Shown here in pieces: positions 24,074 through 32,638 of a stretch of 64,000 bases of DNA; positions within the stretch are counted from its first letter, which is position 1; every line of letters begins with the position of its first letter. A program made the position numbers and the translations under genes. Under the pieces are notes generated by a model. The model did not search any database and was not told the DNA's origin. It saw only the letters and a list, made by a program, of their open reading frames with translations. Origin of the DNA: an uncultured Streptosporangiaceae bacterium (GTDB lineage Bacteria; Actinomycetota; Actinomycetes; Streptosporangiales; Streptosporangiaceae); NCBI GenBank assembly GCA_964412845.1, contig CAYPQM010000002.1, forward strand, positions 14,497 to 78,496, in the 5' to 3' direction.

Positions 24074-25812
24074 GCTGTCACCAGCTCGCGGTCAAGCTCG
24101 ATCCCGTGGATGATCTCGGAGAGCGCCGAGACGATGACCTCGGCGGGCGGGGGCGTGACCGCGTTGCCGTAGAGCCTGGTAGCGACCTCAGCGCTGATGT
24201 CGTCGGGCATCACGAAGTCGTCGTCGAAGGCCATGCCCCTGTGCGACTCGTCGATCTTCATCATCCGGAACAGCACGGACTCCAGGCCCATGCGCTCGGC
24301 GGTCCTGGCCGCCTCGGCGCCGAGCCGGGCGATAGCATCCGTGTGCCGCTTGTCGTCGTCGGCCCGGCCCGCGTCGTCCTTCTTCAGCTCCCGGGTCTTC
24401 AGGGTGATCTCCTGGATCCGCTCGACGGACTGGATGATGTGCCGCGGGTCGACCTCCAAGCTGTTGTGGGCGCGGGACAGGGCGTAGCGGTCGCGGGTGG
24501 TCAGGGTGCCCATGGGCTCGTCGGCGGGCGCGGCGTTGCCGTTGCCGTAGTAGGGCACCATCAGGTCGAGCGTCGGCTGCTGCATCAGGCCGATGTGGTT
24601 GCCGTTCGCGGTCAGGGTCGGCATCGGTGCGGCGGTCTTGCGGGCGCCGTTCAGGGAGCCCCCGCCGCGCATGGTGATGAGCATCGGCGGGATCGTGACG
24701 CTGGCGGTGCCCGTGTGCTGCCGGGCCCAGGCGGCCGATCTGCCTTCGGTGTCGTGCGCGATTTCGATGGGGGGCACAGCGATGCCGTCGGACTCGCGGG
24801 TGGTCCTGGTCGGCATGGGCTCGGAGACGGGCGTCGGGCTGGTCCGCCAGGTGCCGCCCGCCGGGACGAGGAAGGGCTCTCCGTACTTGACGACACCCAT
24901 GCCGATGCGGGCCATGGTCATGGGGGCGAGCGGCGCCTCGCGGTCCCCGATCGCGGTGATCGGCTTGGTGAAGTCGAGGGCTGTCGCCGCGCCGATGACT
25001 TCGGGGTGGACGACCTGTCCGCGGCAGTCGCTGTTCGGGCAGCGGTAAACGTACTGTCCGCTCTTGATCCCGTAGACGCCCATATCCTTGCGCGGGTCCT
25101 TGAACACCTGCATCGCCCACACTCGGCGGTCGCAGCGCGGGCACCAGGCGCGGGGCCGCAGCCACTTGTCCCAGTCGGGGTCGCGGCCGAGGGCTTCGAG
25201 CCAGTACGCCAGGTACGCGCGGTCGCGGGACTGCGGGCAGCGCTTGGTACGCACCGGGACGGCGTGTGCCGAGTTCAGCGCGATCAGCTTGGTCTTGTAG
25301 CCGAGCATGTGGAACCGGTGCAGGTACTTGTCCCACTCGGCCCACTTGCGGACCTGCGGCACGTTCTCCACGACGCCAGCCAGCACCGGAAATCCGGTCA
25401 GCCACATGGCTTCCAGATACAGGGGCACCTCGGTCATCAGCGCGCGGGAACGGATCCCCGTCTCGGAGATCTCCGGCTCCAGCCCGGGGATGGCGTACTG
25501 GTTGATCTTGTCGAACCACATCGGGCGGCCGGCGGCGTCGGTCCAGTGCGGGCAGGCCGGGGAGTCCCACTTGAACGCGCGCGGCTTGCGCTTGCTCACG
25601 CAGGTCGTCTGGATGTCGGTCTGGAGGTGCTCGGCGTCCGGGAAGTTCAGCGCATGCACGCGGATCGCGTGCGGACTGTGGTTGATGCCCTCAACGACCC
25701 TGATGCCGGGAACCTTCCGGAGCGCCTGGGAGGAGCCGCCGGCACCGCAGAAGCCGTCTCCGGCTTCGATGTCGCCGTCGCGGTCGCGGCCACAGGTCAG
25801 CAGCGAGGTCAT
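24070..25812 (-). CDS. DNA (cytosine-5) methyltransferase (580 aa)
   Basis: Motif I GDGFCGAGGSSQAL, catalytic-Cys region WDSPACPHWTDAAG and motif VI VVENVPQVRKW. Confidence 0.85.
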   Translation of the reverse strand: MTSLLTCGRDRDGDIEAGDGFCGAGGSSQALRKVPGIRVVEGINHSPHAIRVHALNFPDAEHLQTDIQTTCVSKRKPRAFKWDSPACPHWTDAAGRPMWFDKINQYAIPGLEPEISETGIRSRALMTEVPLYLEAMWLTGFPVLAGVVENVPQVRKWAEWDKYLHRFHMLGYKTKLIALNSAHAVPVRTKRCPQSRDRAYLAYWLEALGRDPDWDKWLRPRAWCPRCDRRVWAMQVFKDPRKDMGVYGIKSGQYVYRCPNSDCRGQVVHPEVIGAATALDFTKPITAIGDREAPLAPMTMARIGMGVVKYGEPFLVPAGGTWRTSPTPVSEPMPTRTTRESDGIAVPPIEIAHDTEGRSAAWARQHTGTASVTIPPMLITMRGGGSLNGARKTAAPMPTLTANGNHIGLMQQPTLDLMVPYYGNGNAAPADEPMGTLTTRDRYALSRAHNSLEVDPRHIIQSVERIQEITLKTRELKKDDAGRADDDKRHTDAIARLGAEAARTAERMGLESVLFRMMKIDESHRGMAFDDDFVMPDDISAEVATRLYGNAVTPPPAEVIVSALSEIIHGIELDRELVTA

Positions 25813-26207
25813 CGGGCGTAGCCGTTGAGCAGCTGCATCATCTGCTCATACAGCGGGTTGCCCGGCAGCGCATGGCCTTCGACGACGCCGGCGAGTTCGA
25901 CGGCGGCCTTGGCCATCTCCTCTCCCACCGGGGTGTGGCTGATCCAGGAGCTGACCTGCGTATCGAGCATGTTCCAGTTGGCGATCGGCATGACACGCGT
26001 GCCCAGGTTGGGACGCGCGTTGATCATGCCCTTCGCTTCGAGGATCTTGAGCGCTTCGCGCACCGCCGTACGCGAGAGGCCGTAGGTGCGTGCCAGAGCC
26101 TCCGGAGAGAGCGCGCCGCCGGGGGTGTATTCGCCGGCCGCGATGGCCTTGCCGAGGATCTCGGCAAGGCGATGCGGCAGGGTGCGCCTGATGATGATCG
26201 TGACCAT
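25809..26207 (-). CDS. GntR-family transcriptional regulator, short (132 aa)
   Basis: LSPEALARTYGLSRTAVREALKILEAKGMINARPNLGTRV. Start is MVTIII. Confidence 0.8.
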   Translation of the reverse strand: MVTIIIRRTLPHRLAEILGKAIAAGEYTPGGALSPEALARTYGLSRTAVREALKILEAKGMINARPNLGTRVMPIANWNMLDTQVSSWISHTPVGEEMAKAAVELAGVVEGHALPGNPLYEQMMQLLNGYAR

Positions 26208-26275
26208 AATGTGCCTTTTCGGTGTGAGGTAAGGAAGACCGGTGCGTATGCCACGATCCGGATCGTGAACAGATG

Positions 26276-26848
26276 TCAGATCGCGTCGGCCGGCAGCAGG
26301 CGGGCCAGGCTTCGGACGGCTCGGTATTGCAGGGTCTTGACGGCGCCTTCCTGCTTGCCCATGATCTCGGCGGTCTCGGTGACGGACTTCTGTTCGAGGA
26401 AGCGCAGCGTGACGCACATCTGCTGCTGCTCGTTGAGCCGTTTGACGGCGCTGCGGAGTACGCAGTTGTCCAGGTACGTCACGATGGCGTCCTCGGTCGA
26501 CGGCTCCAGCTCATCGCCGTCGAGCATTTCGCCGGTCGAGACCTCCCGGCGGTGGCGACTCGACTTGAAGTTGTCCGCGATGAGGTTGCGGGCGATGGTG
26601 ATGAGCCACGCTCCGAGGTCCTTGCCCTGCCAGCTGAAGGTGGTGATCCGGCACAACGCGCGGACGAACGTCTCGCTGGTGAGGTCTTCGGCCAGCGGAC
26701 GGGTGGCGACGCGGTAGTAGATGAAGCGGAACACCGTGTCGCGGTAGGCGACATACAGCTCGCCGAAGGCTTCTCGGTCGCCGGCCTGGGCAGCCGTGAC
26801 GATCTCCACCATTCGCTCGTGCGCGAGCACCTGGGTGCGGTCAGTCAT
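26276..26848 (-). CDS. ECF-type sigma-70 family RNA polymerase sigma factor
   Basis: Region 2 is FGELYVAYRDTVFRFIYYRV...AEDLTSETFVRAL...GAWLITIARNLIAD. Region 4 is RFLEQKSVTETAEIMGKQEGAVKTLQYRAVRSL. Confidence 0.9.
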   Translation of the reverse strand: MTDRTQVLAHERMVEIVTAAQAGDREAFGELYVAYRDTVFRFIYYRVATRPLAEDLTSETFVRALCRITTFSWQGKDLGAWLITIARNLIADNFKSSRHRREVSTGEMLDGDELEPSTEDAIVTYLDNCVLRSAVKRLNEQQQMCVTLRFLEQKSVTETAEIMGKQEGAVKTLQYRAVRSLARLLPADAI

Positions 26849-27062
26849 CGTGGAGTCCTGGGGTTGGTCTGGGTGAGGGGACAGAGACCGGTGCTGCGCG
26901 TCGTGCCGTGCGCCTGTGTAGGGCCTTCTCGATCAGCGACAGCGAGGCGCCGACCGCGATCACGGTCACCAGGAAGATCAGGGCGAGCAGCAGGCTGGCC
27001 AGCGGGTCGACGCAGATGGCGCCGAGGATGCGCCAGCTGGCGGTAAAGATCCGGAAGATCAC
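26841..27062 (-). CDS. Possible small membrane protein (73 aa, GTG start) overlapping the sigma-factor start by 8 nt
   Basis: Hydrophobic ...ILGAICVDPLASLLLALIFLVTVIAVGASLSLI... in the frame of track ORF 26841..27821. There is no ATG and the start is uncertain. Confidence 0.3.
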   Translation of the reverse strand: MIFRIFTASWRILGAICVDPLASLLLALIFLVTVIAVGASLSLIEKALHRRTARRAAPVSVPSPRPTPGLHDD

Positions 27063-27280
27063 CGCGGGGAGCCCGCGGAGCTGCCGACGGTCACGCCGCG
27101 GCGAGGTGAAGAAGACATGCCGAATACGGCTTTCGAGAGTGATGAATGCGACGTGCTGCGAAACCGGCGGGCGCGCACTCCAGGAGAATCGCTCGAAACT
27201 CGACGCGCGCCCGTCGGCGATGAAGGCCCAGCCCGCCCGACCGGGGGGGAAGAGAGGCGGGCTGGGCCGCTCGGGGGCCG

Positions 27281-27514
27281 CTACTCGGCGGCGGCCGGTT
27301 CCTGCATTGGCGGCGCGTGCGCGAGTGGGGGCGTCGTAGCCCAGCGGGACGGCGGGACGTGCTCGAAGGCTTCGGCGCGACCCGCCCTCGGGCGCCGCGG
27401 CGGGATGATCGGCTCGTCCTTGTCGCGGCGGATCGCCACGTAGCTCATGGCCACACCGACGCCGATGCAGATGCCGACCAGCAGCACGGCGCCGTAGGAC
27501 AGGAACGTCATCAT
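27281..27514 (-). CDS. Small single-TM protein (77 aa)
   Basis: MMTFLSYGAVLLVGICIGVGVAMSYVAI.... ATGA overlap with the upstream stop. Confidence 0.55.
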   Translation of the reverse strand: MMTFLSYGAVLLVGICIGVGVAMSYVAIRRDKDEPIIPPRRPRAGRAEAFEHVPPSRWATTPPLAHAPPMQEPAAAE

Positions 27515-28410
27515 GACGCTGCCGCCGTTTCGGTTTCGGCGACCTCGGGCGCGGCTTCCGCCGTCGCGTCCTCGCCGACCGGGGCGGTGGCCGAGGGGAG
27601 GTCGAGCAGCCCGCGCACGGTGTCCTCCTGGAGAGGGAACTCGATCGGGATCGTGCACCCACCGCGGCCCAGACTCGACCAGATGATTTCGAGCTGTACG
27701 ACGTCCTGGATGCCCCAGTTGCGCTTCTTGCAGCTGACCTTGCCCTCCAGCCGCTTGAGCTCGACGTTTCGACTGGCGTAGTTGGAGACGACCTTGGCGA
27801 TGCGGTCTTCCAGAGACACACCGTTGCCGCGCTCCAAGGTCTGGAAGCACAGCGCCTTGGCCTGGTCCACGTACCAGAGCGGCAGTACCTGGAAGATCAC
27901 CTCCCGGACGAACGTGGCGCCGATCCTGTTGATCGGGCCTCGGTTGTCCGGCTGTCGCTGGTCGCTCGACGGCACCACCTCGCGGCGTACCCAGTCGGGC
28001 ACGAAGAACGTGGCGCTGGCCTCGCTGTTGTCTTCCTGGTCCCAGGCGAAGGCGCGGGCGTGCGTGCCGCTGTGCTGGCTGTCGCGGTGGAGCTCGATCG
28101 TGCCCCACACGGTGTTCGTCCAGCAGCGGGCGATCTCGCGTGCCAGGTAGACGCTCGCGCCGCTGGTCTGAAACGGCTTGCCGTCGTGGTCCCGTAGCGT
28201 GCGCCGGTAGAACGCCCTTTCCGCCACCACCGGGATGCTGCACGTGTAGGTCATCATCTTCCGGGCGCGCTCGATGTCGCGGGGGAACCGGCGCGCGGTG
28301 GCGATCGCGGTGTGCTTGTCCGCGATGAGCTGGGCCAGCTCCGCGTTGGCGTTCTCCCGGGCCACGATGGCCCGGTGCGGCAGCGAAACCTCGTCGTCGA
28401 GAATGCTCAT
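27511..28410 (-). CDS. Probable single-strand annealing protein (RecT/Red-beta-class), called mainly on position
   Basis: 299-aa ORF immediately downstream of the PD-(D/E)XK exonuclease gene, the classic exo-SSAP pairing. Family not verified. Confidence 0.55.
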   Translation of the reverse strand: MSILDDEVSLPHRAIVARENANAELAQLIADKHTAIATARRFPRDIERARKMMTYTCSIPVVAERAFYRRTLRDHDGKPFQTSGASVYLAREIARCWTNTVWGTIELHRDSQHSGTHARAFAWDQEDNSEASATFFVPDWVRREVVPSSDQRQPDNRGPINRIGATFVREVIFQVLPLWYVDQAKALCFQTLERGNGVSLEDRIAKVVSNYASRNVELKRLEGKVSCKKRNWGIQDVVQLEIIWSSLGRGGCTIPIEFPLQEDTVRGLLDLPSATAPVGEDATAEAAPEVAETETAAAS

Positions 28411-28414
28411 CGCT

Positions 28415-29353
28415 TTACCAGCGCTCCCAGTTGTAGGCGTTCATCACCCACGGCGGCAGCGGCAGGCGTTCGATCCGGTCGGGGTAGGCAGGCCATTGGC
28501 CGGACTCGGTGCACTCCCGGTAGAGGCGGATAGCCTTGCGGTTCAGCTCGCGGCCGATCTGCATCGCGTCGGGGTCGGGCCGGACGCAGCGCACGTAGTA
28601 GGGCGCCGTCTTCTCCTGGCAGACGAGGAGGAAGTCGATGTCGTCCTTGTCGGCCAGGCCGAGCTCGACGGCGCCGTTTTCGTACCAGTCGGCCTGCTGG
28701 TGCCAGCCCTTCTCGTGCATCGCCTTACTCAGCGACAGGTCGTCGATGGCGTGGCAGCTCTTGAGGTCAACGATGACGAGACGTCCGCGACGCGTGAAGA
28801 TCATCGAGTCGGGCCGGGCCCGGAGCATGACGCCGTGCTCCTCGTCGCGCCAGAACAGCGAGTGCTCGACCATGGCGTCGTCGACGGCGAACAGCGGGCC
28901 GGCCTCAGGATGGCGACGGACGATGTCGGCCATCGCCTTCATCCGGAGATACTCGTGCTTCAGCAGCGTGATCACGCCGCTCGCACGGTTCGCCTGCTCC
29001 TTCTCCTGCGTGTCCTTCTTCCGCCGGTTCTGCTCGTCGAGCATGACGACTTCGGGGTCGCCGCCGAACAGCTCGCTGTGCAGCGCGGTCCCGAACTCCA
29101 TCTCGGGGGTCGCGATGCGGCCGTGGAGGCGGTCGTAGTCGAAGCGGGCCGGGGTGCCCGGCGGGAGGATCCGCCGGGCGCCGGTGGAGGACAGGGAGCC
29201 GCCGGCGACGGGGTCGGCGTGGTACTCGCGCAGCGACATGCGCGCGCGGATGCCGGGCTCGGTGATCGGTTCGCCGCGGTACTCGGCCAGGAACTGCGCC
29301 GGGGCGTCCGAGGCGGCCGGGTCGATGGCGAGGATGTCAGCGATGACGGTCAC
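28415..29353 (-). CDS. PD-(D/E)XK exonuclease, RecE/exonuclease VIII-like (312 aa, GTG start)
   Basis: GTALHSELFG..., RARPDSMIF...LVIVDLKSC (D...D/E-x-K) and ...GWHQQADWY. GTGA overlap upstream. Confidence 0.75.
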   Translation of the reverse strand: MTVIADILAIDPAASDAPAQFLAEYRGEPITEPGIRARMSLREYHADPVAGGSLSSTGARRILPPGTPARFDYDRLHGRIATPEMEFGTALHSELFGGDPEVVMLDEQNRRKKDTQEKEQANRASGVITLLKHEYLRMKAMADIVRRHPEAGPLFAVDDAMVEHSLFWRDEEHGVMLRARPDSMIFTRRGRLVIVDLKSCHAIDDLSLSKAMHEKGWHQQADWYENGAVELGLADKDDIDFLLVCQEKTAPYYVRCVRPDPDAMQIGRELNRKAIRLYRECTESGQWPAYPDRIERLPLPPWVMNAYNWERW

Positions 29354-29649
29354 AGTCCTCGTCCCTTCGACCAGTCGGTGAGGCCGATGGTCTGCTCCCA
29401 CGGCAGATGCGTCGGCCCGGCGGGGTGGTTGACGTGCGGCGGGTACTGCCGTCCCGCCTGCCGCGTCTCGTCATCGACCTGGGTGCCGGCGGCGATGGCG
29501 GCCGCGATCGGCCGCCAGGCCTCGGCGGCCTCGGCCGCGAGTCGCTCGGCGTCGTCATGGGCGCCGCCCCAACCGCCGGTGTCGGTCAGCGACACGGCGT
29601 ACGCGGCCTGCTCGGCCGCCGCATGGGCGCGCAGGAACGTGGCGCTCAC
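29350..29649 (-). CDS. Hypothetical protein (99 aa), GTG start
   Basis: V76 of track ORF 29350..29874. GTGA overlap. Confidence 0.55.
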   Translation of the reverse strand: MSATFLRAHAAAEQAAYAVSLTDTGGWGGAHDDAERLAAEAAEAWRPIAAAIAAGTQVDDETRQAGRQYPPHVNHPAGPTHLPWEQTIGLTDWSKGRGL

Positions 29650-30122
29650 CACCGGGCCACCGCTTCCAAGAACTGGGCGTGGACCGCCTCGGAGGCGGCG
29701 CTGGCCTCCTGCGGGGAGCCTCCCGCGCGAAGGACACGGGCGTAGGCTTCGAAGCGGTTGTCCTGAACCGGGCCGGGCTGGGCCAGCACCTGCATACGCA
29801 CGCTGACGGTCTTGCTGAACGCGACGTCGTACCAGGTCCCGCGGGCGTCGGTGTGTTCCTGGCGGTAGTCCCAACGCGCGCGGACCTGCTTCTCAGCCGA
29901 CTCCGCAACGGCTTGGAGGCGCTCGATGCGCCGGGAGTTGTCCTCGTACTCCTCGCTCGGCACGATCAGCGTGATCGGGTCCAGGCCGCCGGGCATGATC
30001 CGTGCCGCCTGCTCGGGGTGCTCCTCGATCCAGTCCGCGAGCGCGCGGAGTCCGGCAACAGTGGTGTCCGCCAGTTGCAGCGTCGCGAGCGGGATGTCGG
30101 GGTGCAGCTGGTCCTCGTTCAT
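29646..30122 (-). CDS. Hypothetical protein (158 aa)
   Basis: Track ORF. Confidence 0.7.
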   Translation of the reverse strand: MNEDQLHPDIPLATLQLADTTVAGLRALADWIEEHPEQAARIMPGGLDPITLIVPSEEYEDNSRRIERLQAVAESAEKQVRARWDYRQEHTDARGTWYDVAFSKTVSVRMQVLAQPGPVQDNRFEAYARVLRAGGSPQEASAASEAVHAQFLEAVARW

Positions 30123-30970
30123 GCCGCCGCTCCGAGTGCTTCGGCGATCTGCTCGACGCTGGCGTCCAGCGCGATCGCGCGGCCGACGATGGCCTTCGTG
30201 AGCTCGGCGGCGACGTAGTCGCCGGACTCGGAGCTGTCCGCAGCGACCTGGACGCGGGCGCGGTCAACGGCGGCGAGGTTGTACCAGCGGGCGTGGAGCG
30301 ACGTGGTGCGGGCGTCGGCCCGCTCTCCCGCGGCGTCCGGGTTGCTTACGTGGCGGACCCAGGCAGCGCGGCCGGCGTCGACCGGACCGAGCGTCTGGCG
30401 GGTTCGCGCTTCGAGCTCCATCAGCGGGCGGTCGTCGCGAATCGGGGCCATCTCCCGCGTCTGCTCCACGTCGGCGACCGGGACGTCGGGCCACTCGTCG
30501 TTGCTGCGCGTGTCGTGCTTCGCGGCCCACCACAACGTGGGGTCGAGGGCGATCCAGCGCGCTCCGTCGAAGGCGTTCGGCTGGGTAGGCGGCGCGGGCG
30601 GAACCGAAGCGTTCTGCGTTCCGCTGGTGCCCGGCTTGGCCAGGAGCAGCGTCGTCGCCGAGGCGCCGTCGACCGTCGCTGGCCAGGTCGCCGAGTCGTA
30701 GGGGTTCACGCCCCAGCCGGCACCCTCGAAGACCAAGCTGACGGTCGTCGACGGCGGCAGAGACGCGATGCCGACCTCGGCGGGAACGGGCTCCATGTCG
30801 ATCAGCGTGGGCGCCGAGTCGTTGACGCGCTGGGCCATCTGCGGACGACTGACCCGCGACATGGGTCGAGCGGGACGGGTGTCGGTCTCGCGGGCGAACG
30901 GTGCCCGGATCCGGCGAAGTCCGGTCGGTTCGGTGGCGCTGCGCCCGTTTCGGGCGCTACGGTTCATCAT
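30119..30970 (-). CDS. Hypothetical protein (283 aa)
   Basis: Start is MMNRSARNG, with GGAGG 8 nt upstream. Frame of track ORF 30119..30985. Confidence 0.7.
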   Translation of the reverse strand: MMNRSARNGRSATEPTGLRRIRAPFARETDTRPARPMSRVSRPQMAQRVNDSAPTLIDMEPVPAEVGIASLPPSTTVSLVFEGAGWGVNPYDSATWPATVDGASATTLLLAKPGTSGTQNASVPPAPPTQPNAFDGARWIALDPTLWWAAKHDTRSNDEWPDVPVADVEQTREMAPIRDDRPLMELEARTRQTLGPVDAGRAAWVRHVSNPDAAGERADARTTSLHARWYNLAAVDRARVQVAADSSESGDYVAAELTKAIVGRAIALDASVEQIAEALGAAA

Positions 30971-31041
30971 GCCGGTCACCTCCAAGTGCTGATGTCGGGA
31001 AATAGGTGGCTGTGCGTGGCGGCTGTTCCGGGCTGGGCTGG

Positions 31042-31350
31042 CTACGGAACGGCCGCCTTCGTCTTGCGGCGGGCTTCGCGTTGGACTGCCTTGTCGTAGG
31101 ACTTGGCCGGGGTCTCCCGCCGCGGCACAAGGGGCTCCCGGGCCTCGACGCGGTTCTCGCGGCGCAGCTTTTCGCGGTAGGCGCGCGCCTCGGCCCGGAG
31201 GAAACGCGGGTCGCGTCCGTTTCCGGCCCAGTAGAAGGGCACCCGGCCCTCGGTCACGAGCAGCTCCACGTGGCTGACCGGCTTCCCGAGGAACTCGGCG
31301 AACTGCTCCTTGGTCAGGTCGGGAAGGTCGTCATCGCTGGTGTGGCTCAT
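31042..31350 (-). CDS. Excisionase/MerR-like HTH DNA-binding protein (Xis candidate)
   Basis: LTKEQFAEFLGKPVSHVELLVTEGRVPFYWAG...PRFLRAEARAY with a basic tail. Positioned next to the immunity region. Confidence 0.6.
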   Translation of the reverse strand: MSHTSDDDLPDLTKEQFAEFLGKPVSHVELLVTEGRVPFYWAGNGRDPRFLRAEARAYREKLRRENRVEAREPLVPRRETPAKSYDKAVQREARRKTKAAVP

Positions 31351-31631
31351 CGCGGCGCTCCCACGCGCTCGCGCCGGCGCGGCTCGTCAGTCACCAGCCG
31401 GAACAACCGCTCGTAGGCGGTGCCCGGCTTGACCCCGGTGCCGGTGGCGACGTGCATCAGGCCGGAGACCACCTCGATGCCGCAGGCGTCGTGAATGCCG
31501 CGGCTCACGGACGAGGCATCGACGCCGGCCGCGTGGGCGATCTGCTCGTTGGTGTCCAACTTGGCCCTGCGGCCGAGCCATCTCAGGCCCGCAGGGTCGA
31601 TCCGGTGGTGCGCGGGCGCCTTGGATCGCAT
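31347..31631 (-). CDS. Cro-like HTH protein (94 aa), first gene of the early leftward operon
   Basis: MRSKAPAHH... with TNEQIAHAAGVDASSVSRGIH. GGAG lies 10 nt upstream. Divergent from the repressor gene. Confidence 0.6.
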   Translation of the reverse strand: MRSKAPAHHRIDPAGLRWLGRRAKLDTNEQIAHAAGVDASSVSRGIHDACGIEVVSGLMHVATGTGVKPGTAYERLFRLVTDEPRRRERVGAPR

Positions 31632-31658
31632 GACGGTTTGCTCCACAGTTGTGTTGTA

Positions 31659-31869
31659 TGGATGCAATCTCGCATCGCATTGCGTGGATGCAATCTACGC
31701 CGCGTATCCATGCAATGCAACTGGAGCTGGTATTGATACGTGTTCGCAGGTGGCGTGCGTGCGCCCGTTGGCGTGATTTCGCTCTCGCGGTCGGATGCGC
31801 GCGCGGCTAGCCTGACCGCTGGGCGGGTGCGGCGCGGATTTGCGCCCGGGTACCGGGCTCAGATTGCAT
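31659..31869. promoter_or_regulatory. Immunity-region operators: TGGATGCAATCT x2 (31659, 31685), ATGCAAT (31710) and inverted AGATTGCAT (31861)
   Basis: Repeats read directly in the lower-GC divergent intergenic region between the Cro-like and repressor genes. Confidence 0.6.
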
Positions 31870-31903
31870 GTATGCGATGCACGCACGGCGCGAGAGGTCA
31901 CGT

Positions 31904-32353
31904 ATGCCCAGGTTGGACAGCGCGGAACGCAAGAAGGTGTGGCAGGCGTACGTGAAGAGCCGCCTCGACGATTCGGGCCTCAAGCAGTTTGAGCTCGAAG
32001 CCCTCACGGACGGCGTTGTCACCACCACGATGGTCTCGAACTGGGTGACCGGCCGGTCCGGCGTGGAGGCGGAGGCTGCGGCGCTCTTCGCGCTGGCGAC
32101 GAACTCCCCCGTGGGGGAAGCGCTCGAGGCTGCCGGCTACGGCAAGTTCGCCGAGATCGTCGCGTCCCAGATGGCACCACAGGCGGATCCGCGAATCACC
32201 CGGCTGCTGGACGACCCGCTCTTGACGGAGGAGGACCGGTCGGACTTCCGGGAGCTGCTTCAGCGTCGGCAGAACCGCCTTGCCGTCGAACTCGTCGCGA
32301 TCCTTGTCGAGATGGTGAAGACGCGCCAGTCGGAGTCGAGCAGGCAGGAATAG
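31904..32353 (+). CDS. Probable immunity repressor (149 aa, HTH N-terminus)
   Basis: MPRLDSAERKKVWQAYVKSRLDDSGLKQFELEALTDGVVTTTMVSNWVTGRS. GAGAGG lies 7 nt upstream. On the same strand as int and opposite to the early genes. Confidence 0.65.
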   Translation: MPRLDSAERKKVWQAYVKSRLDDSGLKQFELEALTDGVVTTTMVSNWVTGRSGVEAEAAALFALATNSPVGEALEAAGYGKFAEIVASQMAPQADPRITRLLDDPLLTEEDRSDFRELLQRRQNRLAVELVAILVEMVKTRQSESSRQE

Positions 32354-32376
32354 ACCCTTGCACAGCCATGATCAAC

Positions 32377-32396
32377 GGTGCACTTTTCTGGTGCAC
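32377..32396 (+). repeat. attP left arm-type sites (ACGGTGCAC and TCTGGTGCAC)
   Basis: Two direct copies 13 bp apart, just after the repressor stop. Confidence 0.55.
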
Positions 32397-32472
32397 GGCC
32401 CGGGAGAACTTGGGCGAAGTTCGGGGAACATGGACGATGATCGGCGTCTCAGCGCCCTGATCAGCAGAAGTT

Positions 32473-32499
32473 AAGGGGGTTCAAGTCCCCCCTCGGACA
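32473..32499 (+). other. attP core: T-arm plus 3' acceptor strand of a tRNA (tRNA-Leu-like), not a complete tRNA
   Basis: GGGGGTTCAAGTCCCCC-CTCGGAC-A. No complementary 5' acceptor (GTCCGAG), D-arm or anticodon arm lies upstream. Confidence 0.65.
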
Positions 32500-32555
32500 C
32501 TTTGCTGAGCTCCTGAACTGCATGTTTGCAGTCAGGGGCTTTACACTTTCGGAAT

Positions 32556-32576
32556 CTGGTGCACCGTCTGGTGCAC
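32556..32576 (+). repeat. attP right arm-type sites (TCTGGTGCAC x2)
   Basis: Two direct copies 12 bp apart, upstream of the int start. Confidence 0.55.
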
Positions 32577-32638
32577 CTCCGAGTGAGCGCCATACGAAAG
32601 CCGGTCCACCGACGGTCCACTCGTCGTACGTTCCAAAT

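Noticed and set aside
26908-27339. Plus-strand ORFs between the sigma factor and the recombination genes (26908..27339, 27117..27443).
   Set aside because: Ser/Arg-rich, with no motifs, and antisense to hydrophobic minus-strand frames. The real coding content of 27063..27280 remains unresolved.
32420-32500. A complete tRNA gene at the int-proximal site.
   Set aside because: Only the T-arm and 3' acceptor strand are present. No complementary GTCCGAG 5' acceptor, D-arm or anticodon arm could be read upstream. I interpret it as the attP core copy.
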